DNA from: Escherichia phage EEc2
Length of the DNA stretch: 44,883 nucleotides
Direction: 5' to 3' (one strand)
Sequence record: ON210144.1
The translations under genes and the position numbers were made by a program. The notes below the pieces were generated by a model. The model saw only the letters and a program-made list of their open reading frames with translations. It ran no database searches and was not told where the DNA came from. How positions within the stretch are numbered: the stretch's first letter is position 1; the number at the start of each line of letters is the position of its first letter. Below are positions 17,014-25,554 of this stretch, in pieces.

Positions 17014-18013
17014 GCTTCGCAGCTTGTACAAAGACTCCGAGGTACTTGATGCAATCGAGCAAGCTACCGACGAGAAAGGTAATGTTAATTACAATGAGAT
17101 GGCACGTGTATTATCGTGTCACCCTGTGGGTAAGAAGATTACCCGCCAGTTGGCTCGATACTGGCATGGTCAATTCAAGAAGACCAAGAAGAATGGTGAT
17201 TATTACCAGACCCTTCTGCAAGAAGATAAGCGTATCAAAGAAGAGCGTAAGCTCAGGACTCCTGACCGCTACGAGGATTTGGCTATTGTACCATTGCCTG
17301 ACTCGCCTCATCGAAGTGTATTGGTAATCCCTGATACTCATGCACCTTATGAGCATCCAGATACCTTAGAGTTCCTTGCAGCAGTCGCGGCACGTTACCG
17401 TCCAGATACAGTGGTTCACTTAGGAGATGAGGCAGATAAACACGCCCTCTCCTTCCATGACTCTGACCCGAATCTGGATAGTGCTGGCATGGAGCTAGAG
17501 AAGGCTCGTGTCTTCATGCACAAGTTGCACAAGATGTTCCCTGTGATGCGCCTGTGTCATTCTAATCACGGCTCTATGCACTTCCGTAAGGCAAGCGCCA
17601 AGGGTATTCCAGTGCAATATCTTCGCACCTACCGTGAAGTCTTCTTCCCAAATGGAGGTGGCGACCAGTGGGATTGGCAGCATACACATGTTCTTGAGTT
17701 GCCGAATGGCGAACAGGTGGCATTCAAGCATCAACCTGCTGGCTCTGTCCTAGCAGATGCAGCGCATGAGCGTATGAACCTTGTGTGTGGTCACTTGCAC
17801 GGTAAGATGTCTGTGGAGTACGCACGCAATACACATGAACAGTATTGGGCTGTGCAAGGTGGCTGCTTAATTGATGAGTCATCCCGTGCATTTGCCTATG
17901 GTCGTGAGTCTAAATACAAGCCAGCATTAGGTTGTGTGGTCATTCTGGAGGGTGTGCCTCACATTGTCCCGATGCAAACCAATAGCGACAACCGTTGGAT
18001 TGGCAAGATTTAG
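17006..18013 (+). CDS. Calcineurin-like metallophosphoesterase
   Basis: Motifs VIPDTHAPYEHP, HLGDEAD, CHSNHGS and CGHLHG. Start is a TTG at 17006 with AAGGAGG 6 nt upstream; first in-frame ATG is near 17097 with weak SD. Confidence 0.75.
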   Translation: MGKLRSLYKDSEVLDAIEQATDEKGNVNYNEMARVLSCHPVGKKITRQLARYWHGQFKKTKKNGDYYQTLLQEDKRIKEERKLRTPDRYEDLAIVPLPDSPHRSVLVIPDTHAPYEHPDTLEFLAAVAARYRPDTVVHLGDEADKHALSFHDSDPNLDSAGMELEKARVFMHKLHKMFPVMRLCHSNHGSMHFRKASAKGIPVQYLRTYREVFFPNGGGDQWDWQHTHVLELPNGEQVAFKHQPAGSVLADAAHERMNLVCGHLHGKMSVEYARNTHEQYWAVQGGCLIDESSRAFAYGRESKYKPALGCVVILEGVPHIVPMQTNSDNRWIGKI

Positions 18014-18028
18014 TTGACACTATAGAAC
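18008..18028 (+). promoter_or_regulatory. Phage promoter P7 (ATTTAGTTGACACTATAGAAC)
   Basis: Closest of all copies to the canonical SP6 promoter ATTTAGGTGACACTATAGAAG; overlaps the phosphoesterase stop; +1 G at 18025. Confidence 0.75.
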
Positions 18029-18113
18029 AAAGGGCTAGGTAAGACTTTATCGGCTGGCGTATCCAAATGATATTGCACTAGCCCTTGATTGTATAGTGAA
18101 TGGAGGATTCAAT

Positions 18114-18617
18114 ATGTCACACTATGAATGTAAGAAGTGTCATAAGCGTTATGATTACTGTACTTGTGGTCAAGAGAAAACATCTTTTAAAGTTGGAGAC
18201 AAGGTATTTCGTAATGAAAAAGATTCGATTCCTTGGAATCAATTCTGCAAAGAAGCTGGTATTGACCCTGATAGCCCTGTAACCATAGATGATATTGATG
18301 GCATTAACTTGTGCTTTCGTGAGGTGAGGGGTACAGGTTGGGATTCCAAAAAATTCAAACTTGCATCTGATAAGTTAGACAACAATATGGTTACTAAGCC
18401 TAAGCACTACGAGTTCTTCGATGGGGTAGAGGCAATCACTATCATTGCTCGTAGTATGACCGAGAAGCAATTCGCTGGCTATTGCATGGGTAATGCTTTG
18501 AAATATCGTCTGCGCGCAGGTAAGAAGTTCAACACTGAAGAAGACCTGAAGAAAGCAGACTACTACAAAGAGCTATTCCAGAAGCATCGTCACGAATGTA
18601 TTGATGAGGATATTTGA
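18114..18617 (+). CDS. Hypothetical protein with N-terminal Cys-rich zinc-ribbon-like motif (167 aa)
   Basis: ATG 18114 with GGAGGA upstream; YECKKCHKRYDYCTCG; conserved-looking block MTEKQFAGYCMGNALKYRLRAGKK. Confidence 0.6.
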   Translation: MSHYECKKCHKRYDYCTCGQEKTSFKVGDKVFRNEKDSIPWNQFCKEAGIDPDSPVTIDDIDGINLCFREVRGTGWDSKKFKLASDKLDNNMVTKPKHYEFFDGVEAITIIARSMTEKQFAGYCMGNALKYRLRAGKKFNTEEDLKKADYYKELFQKHRHECIDEDI

Positions 18618-18618
18618 T

Positions 18619-19566
18619 ATGAATATCTTTGAGTTCCTAGGTCTTCCAGAAGATCACCGCAATCACCCATTCATGCTGGTGAAGCATCGCGGTGAAGTCC
18701 CTGAGAAGAAATTAACTTTTCCATGTTATGCACAGGTGAAACGAGATGGAATATTCAGTGCTGTTGTGGTGCGCAATGATGGTGCTGTTGCCATCTTTGG
18801 TCGTACTGGTAAGAAGCTCGCAAATGTTGAATCCTTGGAAAAGACATTTAGTGTATTTCCTGTCGGGTTGTATCTTGGTGAGTTGCAATCTATGGCTGTT
18901 GATGTTTATCTTGAAGCTCTGTCAGGAGTGGTAAACCCTAATCGTACAGAGCCACTTGACTTCATAGGCCAGCAGATTAAAGACAACCTGTATATCGACT
19001 TCTTCGATATGTTAACTATTAAGGCATTCCATGATGGATTCACTGATGTTTCTTATCTCAAACGTTACGATGCTTTACATCGTCGTATCGGCGCTCATCT
19101 TAGCGGGTGCAACGCTATCCTTCCTATCACTCCTTGCCATAATGAGCGAGAAGTTGAAGCGTTTGCGCAAGAGCAAATAGATGCAGGCCGAGAAGGTGCG
19201 GTATTTAAACTTGACGTGGAGTACGAAAGTGGGCACAAGGGCTATCGTCAAACGAAGATCGTTCGTATGGTATCTTATGACCTCACCTGCATTGGGTGGG
19301 AGGAAGGAAAAGGTAAGTATAAAGGTAAAGTAGCTAATTTAATCTTTAAATGGAAAGGTGGTAAGTCCGTTAAGGCTATGCTGGGGCGTGGCTGGTCACA
19401 TGAGGATGCAGCACAGATGTATCACGATATTAAACACGGTGGCGAACTAAACGTCATTGGGAAAATCTTCGCTGTTAAGGCGTTACAGGAATCTAGTAAG
19501 GGAGTCCTGAGACTTCCCAAGGTTTCTGAACTTAGGTTTGATAAGGAAGCCCCTGATGTCTTCTAA
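18619..19566 (+). CDS. ATP-dependent DNA ligase (T7 gp1.3-like)
   Basis: Adenylation motif I (KxDG) as QVKRDGIF and motif IV as EGAVFK; ATG 18619 with GAGGA upstream. Confidence 0.85.
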   Translation: MNIFEFLGLPEDHRNHPFMLVKHRGEVPEKKLTFPCYAQVKRDGIFSAVVVRNDGAVAIFGRTGKKLANVESLEKTFSVFPVGLYLGELQSMAVDVYLEALSGVVNPNRTEPLDFIGQQIKDNLYIDFFDMLTIKAFHDGFTDVSYLKRYDALHRRIGAHLSGCNAILPITPCHNEREVEAFAQEQIDAGREGAVFKLDVEYESGHKGYRQTKIVRMVSYDLTCIGWEEGKGKYKGKVANLIFKWKGGKSVKAMLGRGWSHEDAAQMYHDIKHGGELNVIGKIFAVKALQESSKGVLRLPKVSELRFDKEAPDVF

Positions 19567-20053
19567 TCCAAATTATCGAAAACCACCTCGTACACCGCCA
19601 AGACCACTTGCCTACTGTCCTTTTACTGGAAAGCTTTTCCGTAAGTTCAAAGATGGCTGGAGAGAAACAGGACTTAGCAGAAAGAGTGATGGATATTTAC
19701 AGTGTAAAGTCGATGGTAAGACTGTAAGTGTTCATGTTTTAGCAATGAATATGATGGGTTATGACACTACCGGTTTTACAGTAGATCACATAAATCATAT
19801 ACGCTGGGATAATAGGTTTATTAATCTACGTCTATTATCTCATAAAGATAATTGTTTAAATAGAGAGGCGATACATATAAGTAAGCTGCCGAGTGGTAAC
19901 TACAGAGCGCGATGTGGAAATGTTCATCTTGGCGTATTTGAGGATAAGTTACTTGCTCGTGGTGCTATCCTATGGTATCGCCATAGGAGATTTAATAATG
20001 TTAAATTCAATGAAGGCAACGCGTGCCGTAGAAGTAGCCGAAGCTATATTTGA
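19556..20053 (+). CDS. HNH homing-type endonuclease (165 aa)
   Basis: VDHINHIRWDNRFINLRLLSHKDNCLN is a classic HNH motif; AAGGAAG SD; overlaps the ligase by 11 nt and the next gene by 56 nt. Confidence 0.8.
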   Translation: MSSNPNYRKPPRTPPRPLAYCPFTGKLFRKFKDGWRETGLSRKSDGYLQCKVDGKTVSVHVLAMNMMGYDTTGFTVDHINHIRWDNRFINLRLLSHKDNCLNREAIHISKLPSGNYRARCGNVHLGVFEDKLLARGAILWYRHRRFNNVKFNEGNACRRSSRSYI

Positions 20054-20192
20054 AACTCTATCCTGTGGCATGGAAGTGCCATATACTTTACTGGCTGATG
20101 CAGAAGAACTTGGTCTTTCTGTAGAAGCTATCCAAGAGAAGGTTGACGAATTATATGGTACAGACGAAGAAGAAACCGACGATTTCATTTGA
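19998..20192 (+). CDS. Hypothetical small acidic protein (64 aa)
   Basis: ATG 19998 with AGGAG 8 nt upstream; acidic C-terminus ...GTDEEETDDFI. Confidence 0.4.
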   Translation: MLNSMKATRAVEVAEAIFETLSCGMEVPYTLLADAEELGLSVEAIQEKVDELYGTDEEETDDFI

Positions 20193-20202
20193 AGGAATGG
20201 AG

Positions 20203-20325
20203 ATGCTTGAGATGATTCTCAAGCCTTCTTCTCCTAAGGTGACTAAGACTCATGAAGAGTTAATCGTTGATGAAGTTAAGCGTTACATCATGGATTGTGT
20301 CAGAGCACAACTGGTGGTCCAATGA
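20203..20325 (+). CDS. Hypothetical small protein (40 aa), translationally coupled to the GNAT gene
   Basis: ATG with AAGGA 6 nt upstream; stop overlaps the GNAT start as ATGA. Start ambiguous between 20197, 20203 and 20212. Confidence 0.3.
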   Translation: MLEMILKPSSPKVTKTHEELIVDEVKRYIMDCVRAQLVVQ

Positions 20326-20783
20326 TACGTCCAGCTTCCTTCCTAGATATTCCTGAGATTATAAACCTTGGGAATAAATATGTGGAAGAGGAAGTCAAGG
20401 TTGTAGCCCACCACTCAGCCTCATGGAATGCAGAACAAAGTGCACATAACCTTTGTGCATCTCTTAGTAGAGAAGATTTATTCCTATGGGTTGCTGTAGA
20501 TGAAGGGCAGATTGTAGGGTTCCTGTGGGCTGGCTATCACGAGTTGGCCCCTTGGACACCTGTAAGAGTTGCCTCTGACATTCTCTTTTATATTATACCA
20601 GAGAGGCGAGGAACACTTCTTGGTATGCGTCTCATCAAAGCCCTAAAGCAATGGGCTAGTGATAATGAATGCTCTGAGGTTCGCCTGTCTCTCGCCTCTG
20701 GTATTAATGAAGAACGTGTCGGACGTATGTATAAGCGACTTGGCTTTGAACCGTTTGGCACTGTGTATAACATGAAGTTCTAA
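20322..20783 (+). CDS. GNAT-family N-acetyltransferase (153 aa)
   Basis: Motif A region PERRGTLLGMRLIKALKQWA and C-terminal YKRLGFEPFG match the GNAT acetyl-CoA-binding fold pattern. Confidence 0.7.
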   Translation: MIRPASFLDIPEIINLGNKYVEEEVKVVAHHSASWNAEQSAHNLCASLSREDLFLWVAVDEGQIVGFLWAGYHELAPWTPVRVASDILFYIIPERRGTLLGMRLIKALKQWASDNECSEVRLSLASGINEERVGRMYKRLGFEPFGTVYNMKF

Positions 20784-20792
20784 GGAGATAAC

Positions 20793-21002
20793 ATGGGTGT
20801 TGTAAAGAAAGCATTTAAGGCTATCGGTCTTGCTCAAGATGCACCACGTATTGAAGCCAAAGTACCAGCACAGCAGCTTGAGCGTAAGCCTGAGACTGAA
20901 GCTGAAGATATTCAAATTGGTGCAGGTGGTGATGATGCGACTGCATCTGCAAAAGGTAAGCGCGGCCTTGTCCGTCCGGTAGCTTCTAGCTTGAAGGTGT
21001 GA
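20793..21002 (+). CDS. Hypothetical small protein upstream of portal (69 aa)
   Basis: TAAGGAG SD; positional analog of the small T7 6.7/7.3 proteins but no sequence claim made. Confidence 0.5.
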   Translation: MGVVKKAFKAIGLAQDAPRIEAKVPAQQLERKPETEAEDIQIGAGGDDATASAKGKRGLVRPVASSLKV

Positions 21003-21003
21003 T

Positions 21004-22554
21004 ATGAAACAGAGCACAGATTTGGAGTATGGAGGTAAGCGGTCTAAGATACCTAAGCTATGGGAGAAATTCTCCACTAAACGTAGCTCTTTCCTTGATA
21101 GGGCGAAGCATTACTCCAAATTAACCTTGCCCTATCTGATGAATGACAAAGGTGATAACGAGACTTCGCAGAATGGATGGCAAGGTGTAGGTGCTCAGGC
21201 AACCAACCATCTAGCCAATAAGCTAGCGCAAGTACTATTCCCTGCACAGCGTTCCTTCTTCCGTGTAGACTTAACTGCACAAGGTGAGAAGGTTCTTAAT
21301 CAGCGTGGCCTGAAGAAGACAGAGCTAGCTACCATCTTCGCTCAAGTGGAAACACGGGCAATGAAAGAGTTAGAGCAACGTCAATTCCGGCCTGCTGTAG
21401 TAGAAGCATTTAAGCATCTTATTGTTGCTGGCAGCTGTATGCTATACAAGCCGAGCAAAGGTGCAATCAGTGCTATCCCGATGCATCACTACGTAGTTAA
21501 CCGTGATACCAATGGCGACCTGTTAGACATTATCTTGCTACAAGAGAAAGCCTTACGTACCTTTGACCCAGCTACACGTGCTGTAGTAGAGGTTGGCCTG
21601 AAAGGTAAGAAGTGCAAAGAAGATGACAGCGTTAAGCTGTACACACATGCTAAGTATCTTGGTGATGGATTTTGGGAACTCAAGCAATCTGCTGATGATA
21701 TCCCTGTGGGTAAGGTGAGTAAAATCAAATCAGAAAAGCTACCTTTCATCCCATTAACTTGGAAGCGAAGCTATGGTGAGGATTGGGGTCGCCCTCTTGC
21801 AGAGGATTACTCCGGTGATTTATTCGTTATCCAATTCTTATCTGAAGCGGTTGCCCGTGGTGCTGCGCTGATGGCAGATATCAAGTACCTGATTCGTCCG
21901 GGTGCTCAAACTGATGTTGACCACTTTGTTAACTCTGGCACTGGTGAGGTTATCACTGGTGTAGAAGAAGACATCCATATTGTACAGTTAGGTAAGTATG
22001 CAGACCTCACACCTATTAGCGCGGTTCTAGAGGTATACACTCGCCGTATCGGTGTTGTCTTCATGATGGAGACAATGACACGCCGTGACGCCGAACGTGT
22101 TACTGCTGTAGAAATCCAGCGAGATGCGTTAGAGATTGAGCAGAACATGGGTGGTGTATACTCCCTCTTTGCTACTACTATGCAATCGCCAGTAGCGATG
22201 TGGGGTCTGCTGGAGGCAGGGGAGTCCTTCACTAGTGACCTAGTGGACCCTGTGATTATCACAGGTATTGAAGCTTTAGGACGCATGGCTGAGTTGGATA
22301 AACTGGCTAACTTTGCTCAGTATATGTCACTGCCATTACAATGGCCTGAGCCTGTCCTAGCTGCTGTGAAATGGCCTGACTATATGGATTGGGTGCGTGG
22401 TCAAATCTCTGCTGAACTGCCGTTCCTTAAATCAGCTGAAGAGATGGCACAAGAACAGGAAGCACAGATGCAAGCACAGCAAGCACAGATGCTTGAAGAA
22501 GGTGTGGCTAAGGCCGTGCCGGGTGTAATTCAACAAGAACTTAAGGAGGCGTAA
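21004..22554 (+). CDS. Portal (head-to-tail connector) protein, T7 gp8-like
   Basis: WQGVGAQATNHLANKLAQVLFPAQRSFFRVDL parallels the T7 gp8 N-terminal block as I recall it; 516 aa, correct synteny. Confidence 0.9.
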   Translation: MKQSTDLEYGGKRSKIPKLWEKFSTKRSSFLDRAKHYSKLTLPYLMNDKGDNETSQNGWQGVGAQATNHLANKLAQVLFPAQRSFFRVDLTAQGEKVLNQRGLKKTELATIFAQVETRAMKELEQRQFRPAVVEAFKHLIVAGSCMLYKPSKGAISAIPMHHYVVNRDTNGDLLDIILLQEKALRTFDPATRAVVEVGLKGKKCKEDDSVKLYTHAKYLGDGFWELKQSADDIPVGKVSKIKSEKLPFIPLTWKRSYGEDWGRPLAEDYSGDLFVIQFLSEAVARGAALMADIKYLIRPGAQTDVDHFVNSGTGEVITGVEEDIHIVQLGKYADLTPISAVLEVYTRRIGVVFMMETMTRRDAERVTAVEIQRDALEIEQNMGGVYSLFATTMQSPVAMWGLLEAGESFTSDLVDPVIITGIEALGRMAELDKLANFAQYMSLPLQWPEPVLAAVKWPDYMDWVRGQISAELPFLKSAEEMAQEQEAQMQAQQAQMLEEGVAKAVPGVIQQELKEA

Positions 22555-23474
22555 TGTCTTTCTCATTTACTGAACCGTCAACCACTCACCCTACTACTGA
22601 AGAGGGTCCGGTAGAAACCAAGGAGGTAACAACTGATGCTGCTACTACTGATGCTACTGCTGACGCTGGCACTGCTGTACAAGATGACAATGCTGGTGCA
22701 CAACCTACTGAAGACACCGGAGGAGAAGCTTCTGGACAGCCTTCAGAAAAAGGAGACAATGGCGGAGAGAATGGTGAATCTAAGCCAGATGATACCGCGA
22801 CCGACACTGAGGAAGTGCAATACTTCTTCGGAGAACATGAAGTAACAATAGACATCCCACAGGATGTAACTGACAGCCTTAAAGAGAAAGGCATTGATGC
22901 CAAGCAGGTTGCCAAGGAACTATATTCCAAAGGTGGCAAGTTTGAACTGTCAGATGCAACCAAGCAGAAATTGTATGATGCTTTTGGCAAGTTTGCGGTA
23001 GATGCTTACCTGTCAGGTCTTAAGGCTCAAAATGAAGCCTTCTTCCTGAAAGAAGCCAACGCAGCTAAAGAGTTGGAAGCAGCTAACACCCAACGCTTCT
23101 CTGATGTTTCTAAGGAAATTGGTGGCGAAGAAGGTTGGTCCCGTCTTGAGGAGTGGGCGCTTGAAACGCTATCCGATGACGAACTCACGGCATTCAATGC
23201 TGTGATGGAGTCTGGCAACCAGTACCTCCAGCAGTACGCTGTGCGTGAACTGGAGAGCCGCCGTAAGGCTGCACAGGGTGATGATAGGCCATCCCTGATT
23301 GAGCCATCAGCACCTGCTAAGGCTAATGAAGAGAATGGCCCACTGACGCGAGATCAGTACGTTCAAGCAATCGCAACTCTTAGCCAGAAGTACGGCAATG
23401 ACCGTAAAGCTATGGCAGAAGCTCAGGCTAAACTGGACGCCCGTCGCCGTGCTGGCATGGCTCGCGGTATCTAA
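22554..23474 (+). CDS. Capsid scaffolding protein (gp9-like)
   Basis: Acidic, low-complexity, helical 306-aa protein between portal and capsid; start overlaps the portal stop. Confidence 0.6.
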   Translation: MSFSFTEPSTTHPTTEEGPVETKEVTTDAATTDATADAGTAVQDDNAGAQPTEDTGGEASGQPSEKGDNGGENGESKPDDTATDTEEVQYFFGEHEVTIDIPQDVTDSLKEKGIDAKQVAKELYSKGGKFELSDATKQKLYDAFGKFAVDAYLSGLKAQNEAFFLKEANAAKELEAANTQRFSDVSKEIGGEEGWSRLEEWALETLSDDELTAFNAVMESGNQYLQQYAVRELESRRKAAQGDDRPSLIEPSAPAKANEENGPLTRDQYVQAIATLSQKYGNDRKAMAEAQAKLDARRRAGMARGI

Positions 23475-23480
23475 TTCAGT

Positions 23481-23501
23481 ATTTACTGGACACTATAGAA
23501 G
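23481..23501 (+). promoter_or_regulatory. Phage promoter P8 (ATTTACTGGACACTATAGAAG), capsid promoter
   Basis: Exact consensus; +1 G at 23498; 56 nt upstream of the capsid ATG. Confidence 0.85.
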
Positions 23502-23553
23502 GGAGAAAAGTTCTCCCTAGTTATCAATTTGATTTATAAGGAGATTATAATAC

Positions 23554-24762
23554 ATGTCTACACCGAATACTCTGACTAACGTTGCTGTATCTGCATCCGG
23601 TGAGGTTGACAGCCTTCTCATTGAGAAGTTTAATGGTAAGGTCAATGAGCAGTACCTGAAAGGTGAGAACATTCTGTCCTACTTTGATGTACAAACTGTT
23701 ACTGGCACTAACACAGTGAGCAACAAATATTTGGGCGAAACTGAGTTGCAGGTGCTAGCACCGGGTCAGTCTCCTAATGCCACCCCTACTCAGGCGGATA
23801 AAAACCAGTTGGTAATTGATACCACTGTCATTGCTCGTAACACTGTGGCTCACATCCACGATGTACAAGGTGACATCGATAGCCTGAAACCAAAATTGGC
23901 TATGAACCAAGCCAAGCAACTGAAACGTCTGGAAGACCAGATGGCAATTCAGCAGATGCTGTTAGGCGGTATTGCTAACACCAAGGCCAAACGTAACAAG
24001 CCGCGTGTTAAAGGGCATGGCTTCTCTATCAACGTTAACGTAACTGAGAGTGAAGCACTGGCTAACCCTCAGTATGTTATGGCTGCGGTAGAGTATGCTC
24101 TGGAGCAACAGCTTGAGCAGGAAGTGGACATCTCTGATGTAGCTATCATGATGCCGTGGAAGTTCTTCAATGCTCTGCGTGATGCAGACCGAATTGTAGA
24201 TAAGACTTACACTATCAGCCAGTCTGGTGCAACCATTAATGGCTTCGTTCTCTCTTCTTATAACTGCCCTGTGATCCCGTCTAACCGATTCCCTACCTTC
24301 GCTCAGAATCAGGCTCACCACCTGTTGTCTAATGAAGATAACGGCTATCGTTATGACCCTATCGCAGAGATGAATGGTGCAGTTGCTGTTCTGTTCACTG
24401 CCGACGCACTGCTGGTGGGTCGTACCATTGAAGTGACTGGTGACATCTTCTATGAGAAGAAAGAGAAGACTTATTACATTGACACCTTCATGGCTGAGGG
24501 TGCAATCCCTGACCGTTGGGAAGCAGTGTCTGTAGTTACCACTAAACGTAATGCAACTTCTGGTGCTGCTGAAGGTTCTGGTGATGATCACGCAACCGTA
24601 CTGGCTCGTGCACAGCGTAAGGCTGTATATGTCAAAACCGAAGGTGCTGCGGCTGCATTCTCTGCTGCCCCAGCAGGTATCCAAGCGGAAGACCTTGTAG
24701 CGGCGGTACGTGCTGTAATGGCAAATGACATTAAGCCGACTGCAATGAAACCTACTGAGTAA
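23554..24762 (+). CDS. Major capsid protein (gp10-like), 402 aa
   Basis: Bracketed by promoter P8 and terminator T2 and lying after the scaffold gene; call is by synteny and size, not by recognised sequence. Confidence 0.75.
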   Translation: MSTPNTLTNVAVSASGEVDSLLIEKFNGKVNEQYLKGENILSYFDVQTVTGTNTVSNKYLGETELQVLAPGQSPNATPTQADKNQLVIDTTVIARNTVAHIHDVQGDIDSLKPKLAMNQAKQLKRLEDQMAIQQMLLGGIANTKAKRNKPRVKGHGFSINVNVTESEALANPQYVMAAVEYALEQQLEQEVDISDVAIMMPWKFFNALRDADRIVDKTYTISQSGATINGFVLSSYNCPVIPSNRFPTFAQNQAHHLLSNEDNGYRYDPIAEMNGAVAVLFTADALLVGRTIEVTGDIFYEKKEKTYYIDTFMAEGAIPDRWEAVSVVTTKRNATSGAAEGSGDDHATVLARAQRKAVYVKTEGAAAAFSAAPAGIQAEDLVAAVRAVMANDIKPTAMKPTE

Positions 24763-24770
24763 CACCTATG

Positions 24771-24804
24771 CCCTATCTACCTTGCGTAGGTAGGGTTCTT
24801 TTTG
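24771..24804 (+). terminator. Hairpin plus U-run terminator T2 after the capsid gene
   Basis: 10-bp stem CCCTATCTAC / GTAGGTAGGG (one G-U), loop CTTGC, then TTCTTTTTG; 9 nt after the capsid stop, analogous to T7 T-phi. Confidence 0.7.
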
Positions 24805-24816
24805 TTAGGAGGATTC

Positions 24817-25554
24817 ATGCCTGTAATTAGACAAACCAGTAAATTAGGACATATGATGGAAGATGTGGCCTTCCAGATTATTGATAGTAAGCTGGAAGCG
24901 GTAAACTTGTGTATGCGAGCTATTGGTCGTGAGGGTGTGGATTCCCTCGACTCAGGGGACTTGGACGCAGAAGATGCAAGCAAAATGATCGACATCGTAT
25001 CCCAGCGGTTCCAGTACAACAAAGGAGGTGGCTGGTGGTTCAATCGTGAACCAAACTGGCAACTTGCACCAGACACTAACGGTGAAGTTAATTTACCTAA
25101 CAACTGCCTAGCAGTATTGCAGTGTTATGCTTTAGGTGAAAAGAAAGTACCTATGACTATGCGAGCAGGTAAGCTCTACTCTACTTGGAGTCACACCTTT
25201 GATATGCGTAAGCATGTTAATGCTAATGGTATGATTCGTCTTACCTTACTCACCTTACTACCCTACGAGCATCTACCTACAAGTGTAATGCAGGCTATTG
25301 CCTATCAAGCTGCTGTAGAGTTTATTGTGTCTAAGGATGCAGATCAGACTAAGCTAGCCACTGCGCAGCAGATAGCCACTCAGCTTCTTATGGATGTACA
25401 ATCTGAGCAAATGTCACAGAAGCGATTAAACATGCTGGTACATAACCCTACTCAGCGTCAGTTTGGTGTCATGGCTGGTGGCTCTCAGAATGTACCTGCT
25501 TACTCTCATTCACCTTATGAGAGTTGGGCGCTCCGTCCGTGGGAGGATCGTTAA
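24817..25554 (+). CDS. Tail tubular protein A (gp11-like)
   Basis: ATG 24817 with AGGAGG upstream (track start 24802 is TTG); N-terminal block resembles T7 gp11 as I recall it. Confidence 0.7.
   Translation: MPVIRQTSKLGHMMEDVAFQIIDSKLEAVNLCMRAIGREGVDSLDSGDLDAEDASKMIDIVSQRFQYNKGGGWWFNREPNWQLAPDTNGEVNLPNNCLAVLQCYALGEKKVPMTMRAGKLYSTWSHTFDMRKHVNANGMIRLTLLTLLPYEHLPTSVMQAIAYQAAVEFIVSKDADQTKLATAQQIATQLLMDVQSEQMSQKRLNMLVHNPTQRQFGVMAGGSQNVPAYSHSPYESWALRPWEDR

Noticed and set aside
23962-24765. 267-aa ORF on the minus strand antisense to the capsid gene
   Set aside because: No SD, junk-like composition, and it lies inside the promoter-capsid-terminator unit; treated as a chance antisense ORF.
23554-24804. 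T7-style programmed -1 frameshift giving an extended capsid protein
   Set aside because: The capsid ORF is followed within 9 nt by a terminator hairpin and I see no extended ORF in the -1 frame past the stop.
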